Origin: Leptolyngbyaceae cyanobacterium | GTDB taxonomy: Bacteria; Cyanobacteriota; Cyanobacteriia; Phormidesmidales; Phormidesmidaceae | Direction: 5' to 3' | Assembly (NCBI GenBank): GCA_050331235.1 | Contig: JBHJHA010000060.1 | Location: 1 to 64,000 of the forward strand | Length of the DNA: 64,000 nucleotides | In this document: positions 37,627 to 49,552 of the stretch, one piece after another | How the letters are laid out: each line of letters begins with the position of its first letter | Numbering within the stretch: the first letter of the stretch is position 1 | Made by a program: the position numbers and the translations under genes | Notes under the pieces: model-generated | Database searches by the model: none | The model's input: the letters and a program-made list of their open reading frames with translations, nothing else | Told to the model about the DNA's origin: nothing

Positions 37627-40443
37627 CTATGGACGCGGGTCTTTATGGGGGAGACCCATGGATTTTCCTTTGTTAGTCATGGCTAATACGATGCGGCTCA
37701 TAATGCGTCCATCATCCAACTTTTGCAGAGTAAACTCGCCACCGACTTGCTGCATCAGAGTCTTACAAATGCTGAAGTGCAATCCTGGTGGAACATCTAA
37801 CAGCGAGGGAACCAAAATATCATCTGGGCGGCCGTGCTCTAAGTCTTTGAGCAGTTGCCGGGGAACATCACCATCGTCGGTAATGGCCAGCTCCATTAGG
37901 GTACGGTCTAGCGGTCGGCACCAAATATCGAGACGCCCATGTTCTGGCGATCGCTGACACGCTGCCACCATGAGCTCGTAAAGTACTAGCTCAATCTTTT
38001 CTAAATCGCCAGAGATGATGACATTGCTCTCGTTATGCACCTTGGCCCAGAGCTGATGCTCTTGAATAAGGGTATTGACCCGCTCCATTAGTCGATTGAG
38101 TAAGCTGACAAGGGGGGTGGTTTGCTGATGCTTACGGAGCTCCCAAGCTTCATTTTGCAAGACACTATTGACGCCGCCGGTAAGTTTGCCAAGTTGGCGT
38201 ACGAGCTGTAGCTGTCGCTGAGCCGTCAGTCCTTTGCCCTGGGTGATCGGATCACTGAGGCGATCAAGGTTGACCTCGAGTTGGCGATGGACCTCGGCAA
38301 GGCGTTTATGTTTATACCAGTTGAGGGCTACCAGCGAGTCCTGACGTTCTAGTAACAGATTGACAATATTGAGATGACGGCGGGACCACGCCAACTGATT
38401 AGATAGCAGAGAAACCAGACTGAAGTGATGGCTAGTCCATCGGCGATCGCCCCGGTCTGCAATAACCCAGACACCATTAGGAACATGCTTATCGGCGGTT
38501 TTGAGGCCTACAACTAAGAATTTGCTGGTGGGAGGGCCTTTGATCCAGGCTCGTGTATCTTCAGGAAAATCTTCCCAAGTCACGGGGAGGGGACCATCCG
38601 TTTGCTGTGACCAACTGATAATGGCATCCGTAGGAACTGATATCTGCGCATGGCGGTCAGCATCAAAATCGATGTTGCGAGAAATGACGTGATTCACCTG
38701 AGCCACTTCATCCCCAACCGCCCAGGTGACTAGGACTACCAAGTTGGCATCCAATAAATCAATTAGATGTTGACAAGCGGATTCTTCTAATTTCTTGAGC
38801 TCAAAGGTTTGCTGTAGGGTCTTGAGCCCCCATTGAATGGCACTGTAGATATCTTCTTGTTGGTCAGTTTGTCGCTGGAGCTTCCATTGCCGCAGAATCA
38901 GACTAATCTGCTGGGCAATTTGCAGGAGGAGCTGACCTTCGTTGTTAGCCCACTGACGCGGCGTTTGACTCGCGACTAAAACAACCCCCTCGGGTGCACT
39001 ACCTGGCGTAATGTTGCAAGCCAAGATACTTTGCAAGCCTAAGGCCTCGAAGTTTTCCCGCCAGGCCAAGAGCTTGAGATCATTGGTGAGATCGTTAATT
39101 GCGATCGCCGATTCGCTATCTTCCAACATTTGCCAGTCGACCTCATCCAGTGAGGGCCAAGCCGTTGACAGCCGTTTGCGCGGCAGCTTACGTTTTTGAA
39201 AAATAACTTGGTAGCCGCCATGCTCAAGATCATGGAGCAGCACCATAAACTGCTGAACCCCCAAATTCTGACAGAGATTTTCACCACATAAATCTAAGGT
39301 GTTTTGCCAGTCAGCTTCGCTTTGAATACTGCGCACCAGACCCGTGAGGAGCTCGACTTCCTGGGCGGATTCCTGACGCACCTCTTGAATCGATAGCACC
39401 GGCATCATCAAGCCAGTTAAATTCGCAACCGTTTTGAGGTAGTTGCGTCCTGGCTCTGACCACAGCCGAGCCTCATTGCTCTCAACGCTAATGAAGCCTA
39501 AAAAGGTCTGATGCTCGAAAATCGGTGCCACCATCAGAGCACTGGCTTTTAGCAACTGCATAAACCGATCAGGGACATTAGCTGCATTAGAACTTTGGGC
39601 TTCGCCGACAACTAGGGGCTGTTGCTTACTCAGGACCTGATAGACGCCCCGCACCTCACTGACGGGAATTTGGAGTCCTGGCTTGTCCTGGGAATAGGAC
39701 TTCGTTGTTTTGCTTTGCCGTGCTCGGATGGTGAGACGTTCCCAAAATTCAAACTGAGTGGGATTGAGCCAAAAGATGCGGACTCGGTCAGGATTAACGA
39801 ACTGAAAAATGGATTGGGCAACGGCGGTCAGCTGCGTATCTCTATCTTCGATAGTTTGCAATTGAGTGATTAAACTCGCTAGGGCCACGCCAGGGGCTTT
39901 GCGCTGCTGGGTCTGCAGGGCCTGCTCGCGCTTGTGCAAAACGTCGGCGAGGGCACTGCAGGTGGTGGAAATAAAGGTGCGATCGCTATTGCTGATTGTT
40001 TGTCCCCACTGCTCAGACCCCATGATCAAAAGCCCGTAGCAAACATCACGGCGCCGCACAGGAAAAATGAGCGCTCCCTGGATGCCGAACTGATCGGCCA
40101 TTTCGTTCCAGGCGGCAATGCGCGACTCAACTCGCAAGTCACTGATGATCAGCGGCCGCTGTTGAATGACGACCTGTTCCATCAAGTCGCCAGGGGCGAG
40201 CGAAAATGTACTTTTTAGAGAGCGATGGGGCTTAGGCGCGATAAACCCTTGACTGACAATCTGATGCTGGACTCGTTCGTACAGACCAAACCACAGGAGA
40301 GAGTAGTGCAACTCCTCTTTGAGGTTTTCCAATAAAGATGAAATCAACCGATCAAGATCCTCCGTCTCCCGAAGGAGCTTGAGGATCCTGGCAAGAGCTG
40401 CCAAACGCCTTTCTGGATTGGGATTGGGTAAGGTCGAAACCAT
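37627..40443 (-). CDS. Multi-GAF sensor with a degenerate histidine-kinase ATPase domain
   Basis: Repeated GAF segments (GALIFPV, LMVAPIF, GVVLVAS...W) and a C-terminal HATPase-like region (LAITDDG, GLHFSIC..LMQQVGG). Confidence 0.8.
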   Translation of the reverse strand: MVSTLPNPNPERRLAALARILKLLRETEDLDRLISSLLENLKEELHYSLLWFGLYERVQHQIVSQGFIAPKPHRSLKSTFSLAPGDLMEQVVIQQRPLIISDLRVESRIAAWNEMADQFGIQGALIFPVRRRDVCYGLLIMGSEQWGQTISNSDRTFISTTCSALADVLHKREQALQTQQRKAPGVALASLITQLQTIEDRDTQLTAVAQSIFQFVNPDRVRIFWLNPTQFEFWERLTIRARQSKTTKSYSQDKPGLQIPVSEVRGVYQVLSKQQPLVVGEAQSSNAANVPDRFMQLLKASALMVAPIFEHQTFLGFISVESNEARLWSEPGRNYLKTVANLTGLMMPVLSIQEVRQESAQEVELLTGLVRSIQSEADWQNTLDLCGENLCQNLGVQQFMVLLHDLEHGGYQVIFQKRKLPRKRLSTAWPSLDEVDWQMLEDSESAIAINDLTNDLKLLAWRENFEALGLQSILACNITPGSAPEGVVLVASQTPRQWANNEGQLLLQIAQQISLILRQWKLQRQTDQQEDIYSAIQWGLKTLQQTFELKKLEESACQHLIDLLDANLVVLVTWAVGDEVAQVNHVISRNIDFDADRHAQISVPTDAIISWSQQTDGPLPVTWEDFPEDTRAWIKGPPTSKFLVVGLKTADKHVPNGVWVIADRGDRRWTSHHFSLVSLLSNQLAWSRRHLNIVNLLLERQDSLVALNWYKHKRLAEVHRQLEVNLDRLSDPITQGKGLTAQRQLQLVRQLGKLTGGVNSVLQNEAWELRKHQQTTPLVSLLNRLMERVNTLIQEHQLWAKVHNESNVIISGDLEKIELVLYELMVAACQRSPEHGRLDIWCRPLDRTLMELAITDDGDVPRQLLKDLEHGRPDDILVPSLLDVPPGLHFSICKTLMQQVGGEFTLQKLDDGRIMSRIVLAMTNKGKSMGLPHKDPRP

Positions 40444-41027
40444 GACGAGACAGTGATTTTCGGAATTTATAGAGCGTCACCCGTCAAAGACGGCAAAAGC
40501 GTTGCAGGGTTTGCCGCCGAAAAGCATAGGGCTAAGTGCCAAACTGAAAGTGATGGATGAAGGTTAGCAAAAAACCCCAGAACTAGCCCGTATATGAACG
40601 ATATATAGAGTTTGACTAGTGCGGTTTTTGATCATCTCCAACAGCTTTCAAAAAGAGTCGCGGTAACGCTGCTGTGCTGTCATGTCATGCAGCCAACCAA
40701 CAGCAACTAACCCTAAAGGCTTCATCGCACTCGATCAGGCTAGCTGCTGCGATTAAGCAACATCTAGGCATGACGAACAGGTTATGTGTCAACCATGCCA
40801 CGCTCTGAACGATAATTTTGTAGAGTGAACAACTAGATAAGTAACCTGTAGTCGGGATGGTAGGCGTTTCAACAGTTGAGCGATCGCCGGGCTCAGCTGA
40901 GTTAGCCGCTTTATCCTGTGAGCGTCTTACCATTAGAGCCTACCGACTAGCTGACGGTACAGACTTCGTTAAGAGACTTCAAAATCGTGAGCTGTTATGT
41001 CATTTGCAGCTAGAGAGATAAAAATCT

Positions 41028-42194
41028 ATGGTTGATTGGTATCAACAGGGGCTGAGACCACTGCTTTTTTACGGCGTGAGGGCAGATCCTGAGTGGCTCC
41101 ATCGACAAACCTTAATCGCACTCAGAAATGTTGCGACTGCCGACCTGATTCCCGGAGAGATCCAGTCCCGTGCCTATCACGCTTTGCGAACTTGGCTAGG
41201 CGATCGCTATCAATATGCCAATCCGCGTTTGCAGCAATCCCTATGGCAGATTGACTTTCCCAATCCTTTGGGGCTGGCGGCCGGCTTTGACAAAGATGGC
41301 CTAGCAGCCCCCGCATGGTCACTGTTGGGATTTGGATATGCGGAGCTAGGCACAGTTACCTACCATGCCCAGCCAGGCAATCCCCGGCCTCGGTTATTTC
41401 GTTTGCCTAAGGACCAAGCGGCCATCAACCGCATGGGCTTCAACAACCAGGGGGCGGCACAGTTAGCCGAGCGCCTGCGCTTTTACCAACAACATCGGGC
41501 TGCGGTCATTCCCCTTGGCATCAACCTGGGCAAATCTAAAGTCACCCCTTTAGATCAAGCGGTAGAGGACTATCTCGGTAGCTTTCGACTGCTCAAGCAG
41601 TTGGGTGACTACTTTGTAGTCAATGTGTCATCGCCAAATACGCCGGGGTTGCGATCGCTCCAAGCGGCTGAAAATCTCAGCCCCATTTTGGCCGCTCTAC
41701 AAGCTGAGAATAGCGATCGCAAACCGTTACTGGTGAAAATTGCGCCTGATCTCGATTGGGACAGCGTAGAAGTCGTCTTGGCCTTGGCACAGACCCATCA
41801 ACTTGGGGGCATCATCGCCACCAATACCACTATTCAGCGTCAGGGCTTAAAGACTGATCGGATTTTGCAAACCGGCAATCGTGCGACTGAGGAACCCGGC
41901 GGATTGAGCGGCGCTCCCCTGCGACATCGAGCCACCGCAGTAGTTCGGTTTTTAGCCACTAAGAGTGAAGGGAGCATGCCAATTATCGGTGTGGGTGGCA
42001 TCTTTAGTGCTCAGGACGCATGGGAAAAGATCAGTGCTGGCGCTTCCCTCTTACAGGTATACACTGGTTGGATTTATCAAGGGCCCGGAATGTCTACACA
42101 GGTACTCAAAGGCCTGGTGCGGCAGCTAGATCATCATCGGCTTGACAACATTGGTGATGCGGTAGGGCAAAATCTCCCCTATATCTCTGAGTAA
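41028..42194 (+). CDS. pyrD: Quinone-dependent dihydroorotate dehydrogenase
   Basis: GLAAGFDKDG, NRMGFNN, NVSSPNTPGLR, KIAPD, GGLSG, GVGGI. Confidence 0.96.
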   Translation: MVDWYQQGLRPLLFYGVRADPEWLHRQTLIALRNVATADLIPGEIQSRAYHALRTWLGDRYQYANPRLQQSLWQIDFPNPLGLAAGFDKDGLAAPAWSLLGFGYAELGTVTYHAQPGNPRPRLFRLPKDQAAINRMGFNNQGAAQLAERLRFYQQHRAAVIPLGINLGKSKVTPLDQAVEDYLGSFRLLKQLGDYFVVNVSSPNTPGLRSLQAAENLSPILAALQAENSDRKPLLVKIAPDLDWDSVEVVLALAQTHQLGGIIATNTTIQRQGLKTDRILQTGNRATEEPGGLSGAPLRHRATAVVRFLATKSEGSMPIIGVGGIFSAQDAWEKISAGASLLQVYTGWIYQGPGMSTQVLKGLVRQLDHHRLDNIGDAVGQNLPYISE

Positions 42195-42195
42195 G

Positions 42196-42564
42196 CTATT
42201 CGTCACCGTAGACGGTTTCATCTTCAGCTTGCCAGGCGGGGTCAACGATACAGATAAACACTAGCGGCTCAGAACCGGTGTTATGGATATGCTGGCGAGC
42301 TTTGGGGGGAATGTAAATTGCATCGCCAGCGCTCACCGTTTGGGTCTCTTCGTTGATATACATGTCTCCTTGCCCGCTGATGATGTAGTACACCTCTGAG
42401 GTTTTGAGGGCATGATCAACGGATGTCTGGCCTACCGGCACGACTGCATGGGCCAAACTATATCGCAGGGCAAGCGGCTGTTTATCCGGATGGAGCAGTT
42501 CTCTCAGCTGGGTATGATCGCCAGCAATAAACATGTCGCAGTCTTGCAGATTTCTCACTAGCAT
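42196..42564 (-). CDS. Cupin-domain protein
   Basis: HALKTSEVYYIISGQG and IPPKARQHIHNTG cupin motifs; ATG 42564 with AGGAG SD. Confidence 0.85.
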   Translation of the reverse strand: MLVRNLQDCDMFIAGDHTQLRELLHPDKQPLALRYSLAHAVVPVGQTSVDHALKTSEVYYIISGQGDMYINEETQTVSAGDAIYIPPKARQHIHNTGSEPLVFICIVDPAWQAEDETVYGDE

Positions 42565-42618
42565 GGGCGATCGCACTCCTCGATAGTTCCGACCCCGGTT
42601 TCTGGGCAAGCGGTTCAG

Positions 42619-42957
42619 TTACCTGATTAGGTTCGCGTCTGATGATGGCACATCTAAGCGATTGGCCTCAAAGTCTCCACAGTGAATGGCGGCTTCGGAT
42701 AAAGCTTCTTTAGGATGCAGCGGACATTTCAGAAAATAATTACCGGAGAAGTATTGGCAGTCAGCACAAGGAATTTGGTGCATCTTTTGGGCCCGGCGCA
42801 CACCATTGCGCAGGGTCGACCACAAACTCCAAACTCCAAATAAAACGGTTGCCCAAGCCACCACAAAACAAATCGGCACCAATATCGGCTGAATGAGTTG
42901 GACTAACCGATAGACAAGTAAAAATAAAAAATCGAAAATTTGAATCATTTCTGACAT
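42619..42957 (-). CDS. Small membrane protein with a C-terminal Cys/His metal-binding motif
   Basis: TM helix followed by HQIPCADCQYF...LKCPLHP...AIHCGDFE. Confidence 0.7.
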   Translation of the reverse strand: MSEMIQIFDFLFLLVYRLVQLIQPILVPICFVVAWATVLFGVWSLWSTLRNGVRRAQKMHQIPCADCQYFSGNYFLKCPLHPKEALSEAAIHCGDFEANRLDVPSSDANLIR

Positions 42958-43037
42958 TAATCAGGCTGCATCGCCTCCAATCTAACGTGTTCCTATCTAC
43001 CTGATAGATTAATATCTATAACGAAAGATAAATCGCA

Positions 43038-43076
43038 TAAAACAACGGGTCATCACGATATCGCGATGACCCGTTG
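43038..43076 (-). terminator. psaC terminator
   Basis: CAACGGGTCATC / GATGACCCGTTG perfect 12-bp stem, followed by TTTTA on the minus strand. Confidence 0.75.
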
Positions 43077-43101
43077 CTAAAACCGATAAGAACGAACTGG
43101 C

Positions 43102-43365
<264 letters not shown>

Positions 43366-44121
43366 TTAACGGGACATTTATACACGCCATAGAAACTTCG
43401 CAATTCAAGAAATCTCTATAACGAACAGACAGCAAGGGTTCTCCAATCTTTGTAGATAGTCTACGGCGTCTCTTTTCGCGGACTCGGGTCAAGCCCATAA
43501 AAGTTTATGGAACGTAATATAGCGGCGCGATCGCTCACAACCGCTGGATCCCAGAAATTTCCAGCGCTGAACTGCGGGGCAAACCGTCACTGGTTCAAAT
43601 ATTCTGTACCGAGGCTAAGCATTTTCTCCGGTGCTCAACACATCGGTCGACAACAGCTGCGCTGATAGAGAATATTGTGGCCAGGAATGTGGCGGCGCCA
43701 TCAGCGGAAATTAGCAGACCGAATCTGAATCGCTGGAAGAAAGCCGCCGCTCAACCCGGGATTGAAACATTTCAGCAGCGATGAGCATCGATGTGTTAAA
43801 ACCGTCCACGAGTTAGCTAAATCGGTCTTCAAAGGCTTTCATCAGCCATCCTTGGGAAGCTTTGACGTCTGATGGACAGGTTTCTGAGAAGGCTCCCGGT
43901 CGATCAACGGTTGCTGCTGGGTCGTTCCTTTAGCTGCTGTCTGAAGATGAGAGTCCGAACAGCCAGACCCGCAAGATTCTCAAATCCACCCCGAGACGAG
44001 GCACGCATTCCGAAACTATTTAGGGATGCCTGAAGCCAAAACACTTTGCTTGATTTTATGTCGCACTCGTGGTTTAGGTTTTAGAGGTGTTTAATTGTGG
44101 TTTCCGAGAAGGATTTGAATT

Positions 44122-44367
44122 ATGAGTCAGGAAGCGGTTTTCGAGAAGGTTCAAAAGATTGTCGCTGAGCAGCTGGGCGTTGATGAGGCTGAAGTTAAGC
44201 CCGAAGCGAGCTTTGCGAATGATTTAGGCGCAGACTCCTTGGATACCGTCGAGCTAGTGATGGCTCTCGAAGAAGAATTTGACATTGAAATTCCCGATGA
44301 AGCAGCTGAAGGCATCGGCACCGTACAGGCGGCTGTTGATTTCATCAAAGAAAAGAAAGCGGCTTAG
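44122..44367 (+). CDS. acpP: Acyl carrier protein
   Basis: [20 protein letters not shown]. Confidence 0.98.
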   Translation: MSQEAVFEKVQKIVAEQLGVDEAEVKPEASFANDLGADSLDTVELVMALEEEFDIEIPDEAAEGIGTVQAAVDFIKEKKAA

Positions 44368-44448
44368 CGATCGAGAGCGTTGAGCATCATGTTGTAATGC
44401 GGATGCAGCCCCTTATCTGGGGAAGTGTATCTGTTTAGTAGGTGAGCT

Positions 44449-45702
44449 ATGGCAGAGTTGGAAAAAAAGCGCGTTGTCATTACCGGGCTCGGAGCCATCA
44501 CGCCCATTGGCAACAATTTGGAAGATTACTGGCAAGGATTGTTAGCCGGTAAGTCAGGGGTTGGGCCGATTACGCTCTTTGATGCCTCCCAACACACGAC
44601 CCAAATTGCCGCCGAGGTCAAGGGGTTTGACCCCCATCAGTTTATGGATCGTAAAGATGCCAAGCGGATGGATCGCTTTTCCCAATTTGCTGTCGCTATG
44701 AGTCAGCAAGCGCTGGCTGATGCTCAACTTGAAATTACCGATTTAAATGCCGAGCAGGTCGGTGTCATGATCGGAACTGGAGTCGGCGGTCTCAAGATTA
44801 TGGAAGAGCAGCAAGCGGTCTACCTCAATCGTGGCCCTAGTCGCTGCAGCCCCTTTATGGTGCCAATGATGATTGCCAATATGGCTGCTGGTCTAACGGC
44901 GATTCAAACCGGTGCTAAAGGCCCTAATTCTTGTCCGGTGACAGCCTGTGCAGCAGGCTCCAATGCCATTGGCGATGCCTTTCGGATGGTGCAGCAAGGC
45001 TATGCCCAAGCGATGATCTGTGGTGGCACAGAAGCGGCAGTCACGCCGTTGTCAGTAGCAGGCTTTGGTTCGGCGCGGGCTTTGTCTACACGCAATGATG
45101 CCCCCCACTTGGCAAGCCGCCCCTTTGATCGCGATCGCGATGGCTTTGTCATTGGCGAGGGTTGCGGCATTTTAATTTTGGAAGCCCTTGATCACGCATT
45201 GAGTCGCGGTGCCCGCATTTACGCCGAAATCACAGGCTATGGTATGACCTGTGATGCTTACCACATGACGGCTCCGGTGCCGGGAGGGGCAGGTGCCGCA
45301 AGGTGTATCCAGCTCGCCCTCAAAGATGCTGGAATCACACCAGAGCAGGTGAGCTATATCAATGCCCACGGTACGAGCACCCCTGCCAACGATCCCACGG
45401 AAACTCAAGCCATCAAAACCGCGTTAGGTGCGAGGGCTCATCAAATTGCCGTCAGCTCAACCAAGTCGATGACAGGTCATTTGTTAGGGGGCTCTGGCGG
45501 CATTGAGGGGGTGGCTGCAGCGATGACAGTACATCATAATCAAGTACCGCCGACGATTAATTTAGAGAATCCAGACGAAGGCTGCGATCTGGATTACGTA
45601 CCTAACCAAGCTCGTCAAATGTCAGTTGACGTTACCCTGTCCAATTCTTTTGGCTTTGGTGGTCACAATGTGACCTTAGTTTTTCAGAAATATCGTGACT
45701 GA
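44449..45702 (+). CDS. fabF: Beta-ketoacyl-ACP synthase II
   Basis: TACAAG, NAHGTST, KSMTGHLLG, SNSFGFGG. Confidence 0.97.
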   Translation: MAELEKKRVVITGLGAITPIGNNLEDYWQGLLAGKSGVGPITLFDASQHTTQIAAEVKGFDPHQFMDRKDAKRMDRFSQFAVAMSQQALADAQLEITDLNAEQVGVMIGTGVGGLKIMEEQQAVYLNRGPSRCSPFMVPMMIANMAAGLTAIQTGAKGPNSCPVTACAAGSNAIGDAFRMVQQGYAQAMICGGTEAAVTPLSVAGFGSARALSTRNDAPHLASRPFDRDRDGFVIGEGCGILILEALDHALSRGARIYAEITGYGMTCDAYHMTAPVPGGAGAARCIQLALKDAGITPEQVSYINAHGTSTPANDPTETQAIKTALGARAHQIAVSSTKSMTGHLLGGSGGIEGVAAAMTVHHNQVPPTINLENPDEGCDLDYVPNQARQMSVDVTLSNSFGFGGHNVTLVFQKYRD

Positions 45703-45979
45703 CGCTACAATTGGCCCAATAAGTACAATGACTTAGTGGGTTTTGGGCGTTTGCTCAAAGCTTTACTGGTCCTTATATTCAATATCTCTAACACTCATTT
45801 CAGGATTTTCTCTATCCCTCATTAAGAGGGCTCAACTTGTGAGACAGCAAGGGGAGTGAGATGATGAAACTTGCTGGTGTGAGTTTAGAGGCTGTCAGAC
45901 TAATTTGCCTTTGAAGCGCCTAGTTGTTTCAGGGCATGAGTCCCAGGTTATTGCTGTCCCGTCTTTGAGTTGTAGGTTT

Positions 45980-47980
45980 ATGGTTGTCGCATCCCAATCT
46001 TTAGACGCAATATGCGTTAATTCGATTCGATTTTTGGCGATTGATGCTGTCCAAAAGGCTAATTCTGGTCATCCTGGTTTACCGATGGGAGCCGCTCCGA
46101 TGGCTTATGTCCTGTGGGATAAGTTGATGCGGTTTAATCCCAAAAATCCTCAATGGTTTAACCGCGATCGCTTTGTATTGTCAGCTGGTCATGGCTGCAT
46201 GTTGCAGTATGCACTACTGTACTTGACCGGCTACGATAGCGTTTCTCTTGATGACATTAAACAGTTTCGTCAGTGGGAGTCAACCACACCCGGACACCCT
46301 GAAAACTTTGAAACGCCTGGGGTTGAAGTGACAACCGGTCCTTTAGGGCAGGGCATTTGTAATGCAGTAGGTTTGGCCATGGCCGAAGCGCATCTGGCGA
46401 GCCGGTTTAACAAACCCGATGCCGAGATTGTCGATCACTACACCTACGCCATCTTAGGCGATGGCTGCAACATGGAAGGGGTTTCTGGTGAAGCTTGTTC
46501 CCTCGCTGGTCACCTAGGGCTCGGAAAGCTCATTGCGCTATACGACGACAACCATATTTCCATTGATGGCTCCACGGATATCGCCTTTACCGAAGATGTC
46601 TCAAAGCGCTTTGAGGCTTACGGCTGGCACGTATTGCACGTAGAAGACGGCAACTCTGATCTGGCAGCAATTCAAAAGGCGATTGAGGAAGCTAAGGCGG
46701 TCACTGACAAGCCCACCATGATCAAGGTGACGACCACCATTGGTTACGGCTCACCCAATATGGCCAACACTGCGGGCGTGCATGGATCACCCTTAGGTAG
46801 CGACGAAATCAAGCTAACTCGCGAAGCTTTGGGTTGGAGTGTCGGCGACTTTGATGTCCCCGAAGATGCCTTAAACCACATGCGCAAGGCGATCGATCGC
46901 GGTGCCAGCTATCAGGCTGAGTGGGAAGAATTGCTTGCTACCTATCGGACTCAATATCCGGAGGATGCAGCGCTCTTTGAACGGATCCTGTCGGGCAAGC
47001 TGCCGGAAAACTGGGCTGATGCGCTCCCAACATACACCCCCGATGACAAGGCGATCGCCACTCGCAAAACTTCCGAAGCGACCTTAAATGCCTTAGCACC
47101 GGTAATTCCTGAAATGATTGGGGGCTCGGCTGACTTGGCTAAGTCCAACAACACGCTCATGAAAATCTCCGGTGATTTTCAAAAGGACGCCTACGAAAAC
47201 CGCAACATTCGCTTTGGTGTGCGGGAGCACGGCATGGCGGCAATCTGCAATGGGATTGCCCTGCACAACTCTGGTTTGGTGACCTATTGCGCCACTTTCC
47301 TCGTCTTTGCTGATTACATGCGAGCGGCCATTCGCTTGTCTGCCTTGTCCAAGGCCGGTGTCATTTACGTCTTGACCCATGATTCCATTGGTCTGGGTGA
47401 AGATGGCCCCACTCACCAACCGGTTGAAACGATCGCTTCTTTACGCGCAATTCCAAACCTGACGGTCATTCGTCCCGCTGATGGTAATGAAACCTCTGGA
47501 GCTTACAAGGTCGCCATCACCAATCGGGAAACCCCAACCATTTTGGCGCTTTCTCGTCAGGCCCTACCGCAAATTACCGGCTCCTCAATTGACGGAGTCG
47601 CAAAAGGAGCCTATGTCATCTCAGATAGTGACGGTACCCCTGACCTCATCTTGATCGGGACGGGTAGTGAACTGCAGCTTTGTGTTGCCGCTGCTGAACA
47701 GCTAACGGCTGCTGGCAAAAAGGTTCGCGTAGTTTCCATGCCGACTTGGGAACTATTTGACGCCCAAGATGACACCTACCAAGAGTCCGTTTTGCCCAAG
47801 GCTGTCACCAAGCGCCTCGCCGTTGAAGCGGGAATTTCGATGGGCTGGTGCCGCTATGTTGGTGCTGAAGGCGATGTGCTCAGCGTTGAGCGGTTTGGCG
47901 CTTCGGCACCGGGTAAGACAGTGTTAGAAAAGTTTGGCTTTACCGTCGATAACGTTGTTGCCAAAGCGAACGCTTTGTAA
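45980..47980 (+). CDS. tkt: Transketolase
   Basis: [48 protein letters not shown] 45980. Confidence 0.97.
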   Translation: MVVASQSLDAICVNSIRFLAIDAVQKANSGHPGLPMGAAPMAYVLWDKLMRFNPKNPQWFNRDRFVLSAGHGCMLQYALLYLTGYDSVSLDDIKQFRQWESTTPGHPENFETPGVEVTTGPLGQGICNAVGLAMAEAHLASRFNKPDAEIVDHYTYAILGDGCNMEGVSGEACSLAGHLGLGKLIALYDDNHISIDGSTDIAFTEDVSKRFEAYGWHVLHVEDGNSDLAAIQKAIEEAKAVTDKPTMIKVTTTIGYGSPNMANTAGVHGSPLGSDEIKLTREALGWSVGDFDVPEDALNHMRKAIDRGASYQAEWEELLATYRTQYPEDAALFERILSGKLPENWADALPTYTPDDKAIATRKTSEATLNALAPVIPEMIGGSADLAKSNNTLMKISGDFQKDAYENRNIRFGVREHGMAAICNGIALHNSGLVTYCATFLVFADYMRAAIRLSALSKAGVIYVLTHDSIGLGEDGPTHQPVETIASLRAIPNLTVIRPADGNETSGAYKVAITNRETPTILALSRQALPQITGSSIDGVAKGAYVISDSDGTPDLILIGTGSELQLCVAAAEQLTAAGKKVRVVSMPTWELFDAQDDTYQESVLPKAVTKRLAVEAGISMGWCRYVGAEGDVLSVERFGASAPGKTVLEKFGFTVDNVVAKANAL

Positions 47981-48035
47981 CTACTGACAATATAAACGTG
48001 CTTGGCCCAATGGTCGGTAGCTGATGCCAACAGGC

Positions 48036-48857
48036 TCAAGAGAGTTGCTCTTGGGCCTGTTTTGTGGTGTGTAGGATATGTTCAGGCGTAAGGCGATCGC
48101 CCTCAACCGTCTCGGGAGCAGCACTCAGCCATAATAGAAACTCAAGATTGCCAGCCGGGCCAGCAATGGGCGAAAAGGTGAGACCGCGATCGTGCCAGCC
48201 CAGCGAATGTGCTGTCTGCAAAACGTGATTAATCGCCCAGGCTTGATCCTGAGGCAAACGGACAACTCCTTTTTTGCCAATTTTTTCCCGTCCTACTTCA
48301 AACTGAGGTTTAACCAACAACACCGCTTCACGGGGCGCTTGTAACAACTGCCAAAAAGCCGGTAAAACCTTAGTCAGCGAAATAAACGAAACATCCATCA
48401 CGCCCAAATCGGGCCACGCAGCAGTTGGGGGATATAGATCTTGGGGGCTCAAGTGTCGGAGGTTAGTCCGTTCCCTGAGGACGACTCTGGGGTCTTGGCG
48501 GAGTTTCCAGGCGACTTGACCATAACCGACGTCAACCCCATAAACCTGCCTAGCACCGGCTTGCAGCAAACAGTCGGTAAATCCGCCGGTGGAGATACCG
48601 CCGTCCAAGCAGATGCGATCGCCCACCGTAATGTCAATTCTTTTCAAGGCTTTGTCGAGCTTTTCGCCCCCCCGGGAGACAAACGGGGCTCGCTGCTTGA
48701 CAAGCAGCTCCGCATCGAGGGGCACCAGCGTTCCGGGTTTGTCAATGACTTGATGATTGACCTGCACTTCCCCAGCTCGAATGATCCGCTGTGCCCACTG
48801 CCGCGTTTCACAGAGCCCCCGATCTACCAAAAGCACGTCCAGTCGTTGTTTTGCCAA
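48036..48857 (-). CDS. tlyA: TlyA-family rRNA 2'-O-methyltransferase
   Basis: S4 domain RLDVLLV, FVSRGGEKL, DGGISTGGFTD, LVKPQFE, GNLEFL. Confidence 0.92.
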   Translation of the reverse strand: MAKQRLDVLLVDRGLCETRQWAQRIIRAGEVQVNHQVIDKPGTLVPLDAELLVKQRAPFVSRGGEKLDKALKRIDITVGDRICLDGGISTGGFTDCLLQAGARQVYGVDVGYGQVAWKLRQDPRVVLRERTNLRHLSPQDLYPPTAAWPDLGVMDVSFISLTKVLPAFWQLLQAPREAVLLVKPQFEVGREKIGKKGVVRLPQDQAWAINHVLQTAHSLGWHDRGLTFSPIAGPAGNLEFLLWLSAAPETVEGDRLTPEHILHTTKQAQEQLS

Positions 48858-48958
48858 GCAAGCCTCCAGCTCTGGGGCAAGAAATCAATGGGGCCATTAT
48901 GCGGCAGGACCGCAATCCCATGACCGTCAATCACGGATGATGATGATTCTGCCGGACG

Positions 48959-49552
48959 TTAGTTCAGCGTCACTTCGTCTTGGAAGCTGGTACGTCGGGT
49001 AAACGAGAAAGGACCTGCCAAAGCTCCCCAGACGTGCTCATCGGTGGCCGGATCGCGGCCGCGATCCCAACTCTGAAACTTTTCGCCATCGATTTCAAAC
49101 ACGCTGTCGAGATAGGTGGTCTTGCCGTTGCGCTCAACCATGCATCCCTTGCCGGGTTCAACCATGCCCTTAAAGCTATGGCCTGTCCAGTCGACTTGCA
49201 TATTGCACCGGGACATCAGTTCTAGCCGATCGCCCGTGAGGCCACTCAACCGACTTCTGTCCCGAGCAGCCCCGTAGAGACTTTCAGCGTCTTTGATGGT
49301 GTAGTTCTCAATCTCGATGCGGTCATTAGCAGTCAAAAGCTTGAGGACGCGCGCGCGGTAGGGCTGCTGGAGCGAAAAGTCATAGGCTTGTTCGAGATAG
49401 AGCGCCACCCCATCGAGCAGGCCGTAGGGTAGGGGCCGCATACACACCCGAATGTGAGCATACAGTGGGGGATTATCAAATGCCTGTTGCTGATTGCTAA
49501 AATCGGCTGCCATCCAGCGGGCGAGGGTCGCAATATCAGTCGGATGTGTCAT
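48959..49552 (-). CDS. cpcT: T-type phycobiliprotein chromophore lyase
   Basis: LARWMAADFSNQQQAFDNPPLYAHI, EQAYD...PYR, DRGRDPAT..VWG. Confidence 0.85.
   Translation of the reverse strand: MTHPTDIATLARWMAADFSNQQQAFDNPPLYAHIRVCMRPLPYGLLDGVALYLEQAYDFSLQQPYRARVLKLLTANDRIEIENYTIKDAESLYGAARDRSRLSGLTGDRLELMSRCNMQVDWTGHSFKGMVEPGKGCMVERNGKTTYLDSVFEIDGEKFQSWDRGRDPATDEHVWGALAGPFSFTRRTSFQDEVTLN

Noticed and set aside
43560..43620. c-di-GMP-I riboswitch suggested by GGCAAAC
   Set aside because: The downstream GNRA hairpin and GACGCAAA elements are missing.
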